The position numbers were made by a program, and so were the translations under genes. The notes beneath the pieces were generated by a model that did no database searches, was not told the origin of the DNA, and was given only the letters and a program-made list of their open reading frames with translations. This document shows positions 45,767 through 54,282 of a DNA stretch of 54,282 nucleotides, one piece after another; positions within the stretch are counted from its first letter, which is position 1; the number at the start of each line of letters is the position of its first letter. The stretch lies in NCBI GenBank assembly GCA_002269645.1, contig NIVC01004220.1:1-54282 (forward strand), written 5' to 3'. Origin of the DNA: Macrostomum lignano. Its lineage: Eukaryota.

Positions 45767-48700
45767 TTAAGACTCGGCTATGACTTCGGCAGCAGCTAGC
45801 AGGTAAGCCAGATTGTTGCTAAGCCGATCGTTTGGTCCCAAAGATCGAACTCCGGACCTAGAGGCGACTTCGTCCTCTAGGCGAGCGAACGAAGCCGATT
45901 CAGCGCGCAGCTTGTCTCTCTGGCGGCACAGGTGCGACCAGAGCTCCTGGGAGTGATACAGCGGCATCAGCTGGCCAAGCAGCTGCGACTCGCGCTCGGC
46001 GGACAGTCCGCTAGACCGGTGAGCACTGCTCAAGCTAGCCAAGTCCGACCTGCGGGTTGAAATTACACTCAAGATTAGCAATCCACTCTATTCCTTCATC
46101 AGTGATGCTGGCTAGATTAGCAATCCATTCTATTCCTTGCCCACCCGGCCAGGCCACCCCACTCGCCTGTAGCTGCAGTAGATCCGGTACTCCAGCAGGG
46201 ATTTCAGCAGCAGCACACAGATCTCCGTCAGGCGGGCGACGCCGCTCGCCTCGCCACCGTCCTCGGCAGGCTGGCGCCGCCGATCTCGCTCGGCAAAAGC
46301 GCGGCCGTGCTGCCGGACAAACCCGGCCACGTCTCTGTAGATCCGACGGGCGTCAGACGCCGGCAACTGCCGTCGGTCCTCGGCCACCCAGCAGCCGGCC
46401 AAGTATGTGGCCGCCGATTCCAGGAAACAGCGGCGCCGATGCCGATCTCCGGCACCGTTGCTGGGGCCACCGGCGCCGCCTTCGTTGCCGTCAAGTTGCT
46501 GACGGAGCGACTTGGCCCGTCGGAAAAGCGACTCGCGCGACTCCTGAAGCCAGCGCTGCTCCAGAGCGTCGGCCCGGGCAGCCTGCAGCCGCTCCAGCTG
46601 CAGCAGCGAGTCGCCAGCCGGCGCAGCCACCGATGCCGACGCGGCTGCCGCAGTGGAAGTCGAAGGCGCAACGGCGGCCGCTGCGGCGGCTGCGGCGGCG
46701 GCGGCCAACTCGGCTGAGGACTGCACCGGCGGCACGGCGGCCGTGGGGCGCAGCGGCGGTGGAACGTCCTCCGTCTGGGTGGCGGCCTCCTCGACGCAGG
46801 CTGGCCGAGGCTGCCGCCGCTGCCGCTCCAAGTATTTCAAGGGCACGGACAGCTGCAGGCCGCTTTGGTGCCTGACGGGCGGATGCGGCGGGCAGGAAAG
46901 CCTTGGCCGCTTATCGACTGACGCTGGCGATGACAAATAGAGGTCAGAGTCGGCGTCCGCGGCGTCGGCAAGATGCATGTCGGTGCCCACCGTGCCGGAC
47001 GTGGCTGTGGAGTCAGTCCTCCGCCTGCGCGGCTTGCGCTTCACTGCCGGACCGGCTGCGGCGGCAGAAATCGCGTTTGAGAAGCGAAGCGACAACGGCG
47101 CGTCCTCGGAGTCGTTCCAGACCGAGTCCTGCGGCTCCTGCGGCGTCGGCTTTGGCTGGGAAGGACGGCAGTTCAGGTTGGGGAAAGATTGGGATTTCAA
47201 TATCGCAACCCTAGCGCAATCCCTTCTGTGACATAGGCGATTCTGCCCATTAAGCTGGCCTATGTGCCTCTCTAGGGTTGGCCCTCATGGGTGAGTTCCC
47301 AGTGACTGAAACACTGTGAGGGATGCTTGGAGTGACTGAAACACTGTGAGGGATGCTTGGAGTGACTGAAACACTGTGAGGGATGCTTGGAGTGACTGAA
47401 ACACTGTGAGGGATTCTTGGAGTGACTGAAACACTGCGAGGGATGCTTGGACTGACTGAAACACTGTGAGGGATGCTTGGAGTGACTGAAACACTGCGAG
47501 GGATGCTTGGAGTGACTAAAACACTGTGAGGGATGCTTGGAGTGACTGAAACACTGCGAGGGATGTCTGGAGTGACTGAAACACTGTGAGGGATGCTTGG
47601 ACTGACTGAAACACTGTGAGGGATGCTTGGAGTGACTGAAACACTGTGAGGGATGCCTGGAGTGACTGAAACACTGTGAGGGATGCCTGGAGTGACTGAA
47701 ACACTGAGGGATGCTTGGAGTGACTGAAACACTGTGAGGGATGCTTGGAGTGACTGAAACACTGTGAGGGATGCCTGGAGTGACTGAAACACTGTGAGGG
47801 ATGCCTGGAGTGACTGAAACACTGTGAGGGATGCTTGGAGTGACTGAAACACTGTGGCTGTGAGGGATGCCTGGAGTGACTGAAACACTGAGGGATGCTT
47901 GGAGTGACTGAAACACTGTAATGCACAGCACAGCACACTTTGATGCGTGTAAAATAAAATAAGAAAATGCTGCAATTCACTGAAAAGACATGCACGCCTA
48001 GAATTCTCTTTCTGTTAAGCTGCATTGCAAACGAAACAGGCGATAGGCGCCGAAATTGCTCGGTAATTATCTTGTCCCATCTGGCGCTCCCCGGCAAACA
48101 AGGCAAAAAATATTATGATAAGCATCCATCCTGCGACTCGGCTAGGTAAAATTCTAGGATTAATAGGGTCTATGGTCTCGCATAATAATATTCCTCAAAT
48201 CCCACTTAATCTGGAGTTTCAGGTCCTCAAACCCCACTAAATCTGGGATATCATCAGTTCCTCAAAATCTCACTAAATCTGGGATCTCATCAGTTCCTCA
48301 AATCTCACTATATCTGGGATTTCAGCAGGTCCTCAAACCCCACTAAATCTGGGATCTCATCAGTTCCTCAAAATCTCACTATATCTGGGATTTCAGCAGT
48401 TCCTCAAATCCCACTAAATCTGGGATTTCAGCAGTTCCTCAAATCTCAATAAATCTGCGATCTCATCAGTTCCTCAAATCTCAATAAATCTGCGATCTCA
48501 TCAGTTCCTCAAATCTCAATAAATCTGCGATCTCATCAGTTCCTCAAACCCCACTAAATCTGGGATCTCATCAGTTCCTCAAACCCCACTAAATCTGGGA
48601 TTTCAGCAGTTCCTCAAACCCCACTAAATCTGGGATCTCATCAGTTCCTCAAACCCCACTAAATCTGGGATCCCATCAGTTCCTCAAATCTCAATAAATC

Positions 48701-50540
48701 TGCGATCTCATCAGTTCCTCAAATCCCACTAAATCTGGGATCTCATCAGTTCCTCAAATCCCACTAAATCTGGGATCTCATCAGTTCCTCAAATCCCACT
48801 AAATCTGGGATCTCATCAGTTCCTCAAATCCCACTACATCTGGATCTCATCAGTTCCTCAAATCCCACTATATCTGGGATTTCATCAGTTCCTCAAATCC
48901 CACTAAATCTGGGATCTCATCAGTTCCTCAAATCCCACTAAATCTGGGATCTCATCAGTTCCTCAAATCCCACTAAATCTGGGATCTCATCAGTTCCTCA
49001 AATCCCACTACATCTGGGATCTCATCAGTTCCTCAAATCCCACTAAATCTGGGATCTCATCAGTTCCTCAAATCCCACTAAATCTGGGATCTCATCAGTT
49101 CCTCAAATCCCACTAAATCTGGGATCTCATCAGTTCCTCAAATCCCACTAAATCTGGGATCTCATCAGTTCCTCAAATCCCACTACATCTGGGATCTCAT
49201 CAGTTCCTCAAATCCCACTATATCTGGGATCTCAAGTTTTGGACTACACAGATGAACAAGGACTCACCGAGGCGCCAGAATCAGGATCCGTTAACCGAGC
49301 CAGCCGCACCTGACGCGCCTCTCTCGCATAATCGACATTGTTAACTGTGAGCTGCCGCGGCGACACCAGACATGGCTGGGTGCAGGTAGACTCTGCGTCC
49401 GACATGCTGCTGTCCGCGGCTCCGAGGTTTCCGTGAGTCGGGCTCGGCGGGAGCGGCCGCAACGGCGGCGAGGAGGCGGCATCGGCGGCTACGAGGCGAT
49501 GAGCGCGGCGGAAGAATTGCAGGCAGCGTCGAATCTCCGCCTCCTGATGCCGCAGCGGCCGCGGCGGCTGCTGCTGCTGGAACGGCGACGCCTCGGAGCC
49601 GAGGGCCGGCGACCAGCCGAGAGAGCCGCCACAGTTCGACTGTCGGCCGACGCTGGAGCCGCTCGGAGTGTCGGCGGCTGAGGAATTCGCGGCGGGGGCA
49701 ACGGCGGCTGCGGCAGAGGCGGTCGACCCAAGCGCGGAGATTACAGGCGGCAAAGAGCCAGTTGATGTCGACACAGGGGTGAGGCTGCGGTGTGTTGGTG
49801 ATTAAATTGGCTTGGATTGGAGTAGGGTGGCGCTTATTGGGGCGCTTATGACATGCTTAGGGTAGAGAGCTTATGACACGCTTAGGGTAGAGCGCTTATG
49901 ACACACTTAGGGTAGAGCGCTTATGACAAGCTTAGGGTAGAGCGCTTATGACACGCTTAGGGTAGAGCGCTTATGATTATGACACGCTTAGGGTAGAGCG
50001 CCACACTAATAACACGCTTAGGGGGTAGAGCGCTTATGACACGCTTAGGGTAGAGCGCTTATGACACGCTTAAGGGGTAGAACACTTATGACACGCTTAG
50101 GGTAGAGAGCTTATGCTACGCTTAGGGTAGAGCGCTTATGCTACGCTTAGGGTAGAGCGCTTATGACACGCTTAGGGTAGAGCGCCGACACCCTCACCTT
50201 CTGCGAGCATGGACTTTGCCATTAGCAGTTCTGGCAGCCGAGCTAGAAGCGCTCAAAGGGGTGGGCGTGAGGTCGCCGCTAACCAGAGGCGAAGGTTGCG
50301 AAGCAGCCGGTCGATGCTTCATCATAATTTGCTGCCTCTGCAACTGCTGCTGCTGCTGTTGTTGATGGCGCTGATGGTTGCGCAGGTAGGCCTCTTGCAC
50401 GCCCGGATAGATTTTGTCGATGGTAATTTTGTGCTGCTTGCAGGCGTTCATAACAGCGTGATAGTCGCCAAATATAGCGCTCATCTGGTCGTGCCATCTG
50501 GGGTCGCTGATTGCCGACATTGGAGCTGGCTTGCCAAGCA
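45767..50540 (-). CDS. AF4/FMR2 (lilliputian/AFF)-like nuclear protein; exons 50198-50540, 49268-49784, 46167-47155, 45767-46049; 5' end unresolved (in-frame ATG at 50520 or an upstream exon)
   Basis: The four blocks join in compatible phases (one GC donor needed). N-terminal QMSAIFGDY resembles IQ.MLG.Y. C-terminal RRAKSLR...FLESAA...IYRDV...LLLKSLLEYRIY...LYHSQELW resembles the AFF C-terminal homology domain. The middle is Ser/Pro/Ala/Gln-rich. Homology judged by eye. Confidence 0.6.
46072..46137. repeat. ~1.5 copies of the 42-bp unit found at 39478-39660
   Basis: AGATTAGCAATCCACTCTATTCCTTCATCAGTGATGCTGGCTAGATTAGCAATCCATTCTATTCCTT. Confidence 0.95.
47300..47918. repeat. 30-bp intronic minisatellite (~20 copies)
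   Basis: Unit GAGTGACTGAAACACTGTGAGGGATGCTTG. Confidence 0.95.
48225..49235. repeat. 35-bp intronic minisatellite (~29 copies)
   Basis: Unit CAGTTCCTCAAATCCCACTAAATCTGGGATCTCAT. Confidence 0.95.
49845..50186. repeat. 25-bp intronic minisatellite (~13 copies)
   Basis: Unit GCGCTTATGACACGCTTAGGGTAGA. Confidence 0.95.
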
Positions 50541-53500
50541 CTGCCAAGAGACTTTCGGAGCTTTAAGATTGCCAGCAGGAATGCTGTTGGCTGGCGATGG
50601 TCTCCAACTGGGCTTTAAAGCAATTTAAATATTGATTAGTAACTTTGTATCTTGTAGTTTCATTTAATATCCAAAATTCCATACTGGTCATCAGTCATTA
50701 ATTGTTTCATTCTTTGCTTCTCTTTGCACATCAGATATTTCTCTTTAAGCAATATCAACCAATCCATATTTAAGCTGTTTCACCTTGGCTTCAACTATTT
50801 AATGCTTTTTTCTTTTGATCTGTTTGCTTTTTGATCACCTATACAAGTTGTTACATGCTTTTCTTTTGCTTTATTGATTTTATTTTTCAAAGTCTTAGTC
50901 TTATTATATACCTCCGAATAAATTTATAGTTAAGTCTAAGAGCAAGTTAAGTTTGGCAGATGACTATCTACAAAACTACTATTTATTTTAAAAGGGAATT
51001 TTGACTAGGACCTATGTAGCACTAAATTAAAAGGTCACTAACATCTATAATTAGATAGCATGTTAATTTTTTATTTATCCTTTTGGTTTTACTATTGGCA
51101 GGTTCAATATAGAGGGCAAACAATACAATATCACATTTTTCAAATTAAATAAATACTTGAATCTTAAGTTGTTTCAAGTTGAGATCTATATAGATCCTGA
51201 TGATCAACATTGAGATTGAGATCTTGTCTAATCCCTAGTGTAGGCCTAATGGAAGAAAAATATTAGGCCTAGGATAACAAGACAAGGATAAACTTTGATT
51301 TGTTGTTGCAAAATTTTGTTTTTGCCCTCCTAACAAAAATATTAGACAGGATATAGACTAGGCCTATACAGGCTACAGCCACAGACCAATAAGTATAACT
51401 AGACTGCACATCTAGCATTGCTTATCTAGGCTCATTTTTTGACAAAATGACAAAGCAAAAACTGGTCCTCTCTACCCATCCCAAAATGATTGATATCAGT
51501 GGCCTAGAGAAGACTGGCCCTTCTTCAGCTGTCTGCCCTTTTTAAATTAACATGTACATTAATGTGGTTTAAGGATTAAAAAAGTAATGCTGTACTAGTT
51601 TTAAAGAGCTAGGAAAAGTTATTAAAAATATTATTGCTCAAAATGAAATGAAAGAACAATCTGAATCTGCTAAATTGCTAGGAAAAGAAAAGGAAATCAT
51701 TGCTGGGAAAAAATGTCTCTCCTTACTTTGTAGCAATACCTCCCCACTGTATCCAGATGCTTGGAGTCTTTTTAGACTTTTCTAAAGGATAGTTATAGAA
51801 ATGAGAAAAAAGTGGCTAGTAGTGCTTAGATCCTGGCATTTAGATTTCAACTTTCTTGGATATGCTGCACATGTTGAAGCTGATTCGAAACCAATGGCAG
51901 TCCCTAGGAATATTTGTTTGGCCAAATAAAGGAAATATAGAATGGAGATATATGGATATTGCAGAAAGTACAGAAAAGCCTTGGACTTAGACTAGGCAAT
52001 AAGTTTCACTCAGCATTTAGGCAGCAGCTAGTACATGCCAGAAATGGGATTCTTTGTCTGCTAGTTCAAATGTGAAGCAGCCAAGTGCTATCATTCAACT
52101 CTTGTTGCCATGCATATTATCATCAGCTAAATCAGCATAGAAACAATGGAAACTGAAAGTTCAAAATGAAATGGGACTAGGAATTTTGAAATTAGGCCCT
52201 ATCCATTATAAAAATGCATTTAAATTGTGAGATTTGTCACTCTATTATGTACTATATTACAAGTGCAGTTGTATGAAGCATGTTGAAAGTTGTTGAATAT
52301 GTTCTATATAGATCAGCTTTGACTGCCAACCAGCTCTAAGATACTAATAGCTTTTCATGCATTTTGCTTATTTGTTACCTTGAAAAATGTTTTGAGTAAG
52401 GAACTACAAACTAGCAGCTTGATATTTCTTATCAGCAATATCTTTTAGGTCCTACTCAGTGCTAAGTCTATTATTTGATATGCTAGCTATGACAGCCAAT
52501 TTTCTAGTGACATAGCAGTTTGCAAGACTATGCATGTCAAGAAATCTGTTCCCTGAGCTTAATTTGCATTTGGCATCTATAAGCAATGGCATTGAGTTGC
52601 ATAAGCTGCTTTTGATTTGAGTCATGGCTAGGGCCTATCAACTAGCTAAAAAACGTATATATAGGAATAATAAAAATATTGCTTCAAGCTTGACTAAAAG
52701 CTGGTTCCAAATAAAACTAATATATTTAAAACTTTGTGAAAGTGAGCTTAGATTAGAATTTGATAGCTCTTAGAAATTTACTCATATTATTGTTTCTATT
52801 ATATTTATAACAAGAACTTAGAAGGTCTTATTTTGTTGGCAAGCACTTATTAAGTTATTTTAGGCCTAGTTTTTGATAAATTATTCATTAAAATAATATG
52901 GCATATTTAAACTGCTTAATTGTTAAACTTCATATAAATAAAGTTAGCTTATTATCAGCTTATTATCAATCTATGTCCGATGGCAAAAGGCAATATAGTG
53001 AGCCCAATAACTGAAGGGTAGGAAAGGAAAGGAAGCCTTTAATATTAATTATAAGAGAATGGGAGCTAAGGTGCCCATTTTCCTACTTGGAAAGAGGTAG
53101 GCCTACACATTTCTTGCCCCACATGTGCAATCTAGTTATACTTATTGGTCTGTGGCTATAGGCCCTAACCTACATTGCTCCCTAGGCCTAGGCCTAGCTC
53201 TGCTATGCATTCCTCTTGGCCAGTTGGCCTAGGCCTAGCTAAAGAAATATAGGCTCAGGCTCTAGTACATACCTAAATTGCATGAATTTACAGATAAGCC
53301 TAAAAATAATCATGATTCATGGGAATAGGCCTATGTCTTTTTGAAAGAATTTCAGTGAATAAAAGAATTTTTATTTAAACTAGGCATAAAACTAAAAGAC
53401 CATGTTTTAGTAAGCTGATACCTACCAGTACCACAATTTATATACTTTCTTCAAGCCTTCCATTAGGCCTAGGCTAGGCTCTTTAAGACTAAGAAGTCAA

Positions 53501-54282
53501 TAAAGTCAATAAATGCAAAAATGAAATCGAAAATTCCCTATTATGTCTTTATTTCGGCTATTACTGGTAGTGATAGGCCCTAAGCTTGCCAATGTAGAAT
53601 ATACCATGTCAATACGCCTACTTAAACGACTTCAAAGTATTGAAATTCTACTTAAAACCTTCAAATCTTGTCTGTAACACAATAGTAACAAACTGATACG
53701 TCATGTTGCACAACCATCGCGTAAATCAGCTGTGCTGTACCCTGTGCATAATTCAGATATTTTTTACACTGTTCTGTAACTTAAAGGCCTACGTGCCATT
53801 ATATCTTCTCTTCCATTTTTCTGCTTCCAAAATCTTTTTCAAATGGCAACAGACAGTTTTATTATACATTTTTAATGATTTTACAAAAGCTTTTTTGTTG
53901 TTCGAATTATCAATTGTTTTGTTTGAAGTTTGAACTGTATTTTTCGCGCGAATCTTCCGTAATAATGCAGATTATTGCTGTGTCAACTGTTCACGACATG
54001 GACCAATTTTTATTGGATCACTTCAGCGAGTCATACATGCATTCTGTTATCTTTCAGGAAGCGAAAGTTTACCATGCCAATTTTTTCAGGCCTGTTTTCC
54101 AAGAACATCGGGAATATGACATGAAAATTCATCAAGTTAGGCCGGTTGCGTTAAGCGTCAGAAGTAAGTAGTAGTTTTTTAGTTATATGCGCTCATGCAT
54201 TGATGGAGCAACCTCGGTGACGAGACTCGACAGGTCGACCGCCCAGCTTCTGCTGTCATATTGAAGAAAACATCGCTGCTGT

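Noticed and set aside
31886-48106. Other long repetitive ORFs (SYLI, SPPSPTPS, ESLYPSHST, SNTRLSE, SVTPSIPH, CLSV types)
   Set aside because: All are open frames through minisatellites lying in introns or intergenic DNA.
10560-50186. CRISPR-like appearance of regularly spaced repeats
   Set aside because: Units are head-to-tail with no unique spacers, no cas genes are present, and the context is eukaryotic.
53703-54282. ORFs 53703-53933 and 53875-54171 and a GTAAGT donor at 54164
   Set aside because: No homology was recognised and the window ends. This could be the start of a neighbouring gene or the AFF-like first exon, but neither is supportable.

Overview
Eukaryotic (metazoan) genomic DNA with spliceosomal introns. 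The short GC-rich exons in AT-rich, minisatellite-filled DNA suggest a flatworm, most like Macrostomum (inference only). Left ~21.5 kb: transposon debris, comprising a dead mariner, Gypsy gag/pol remnants, two Crypton (tyrosine-recombinase/DUF3504) remnants (one split by a solo LTR), an 8-bp-TSD TIR element, two Helitron-like minisatellite carriers, a Tc1/IS630-type element and a TTAA-flanked MITE. Right part: six host genes. These are NDUFA5 (no in-frame ATG of its own), a PLPP4/5-type lipid phosphatase, a PAN + C-type lectin gene with a complex partial duplication, a 14-exon GABA-B-like class C GPCR, a claudin-like tetraspan gene nested antisense in a GPCR intron, and an AF4/FMR2-like gene. 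Many introns carry their own minisatellite, and several unrelated arrays share 8-10 bp cores. Best leads: a start codon possibly donated by the spliced leader at NDUFA5, the shared-core intronic minisatellites with possible transposon seeding, the nested gene, and a template-switch rearrangement at the lectin. All calls were made by eye without database searches; array boundaries are approximate.
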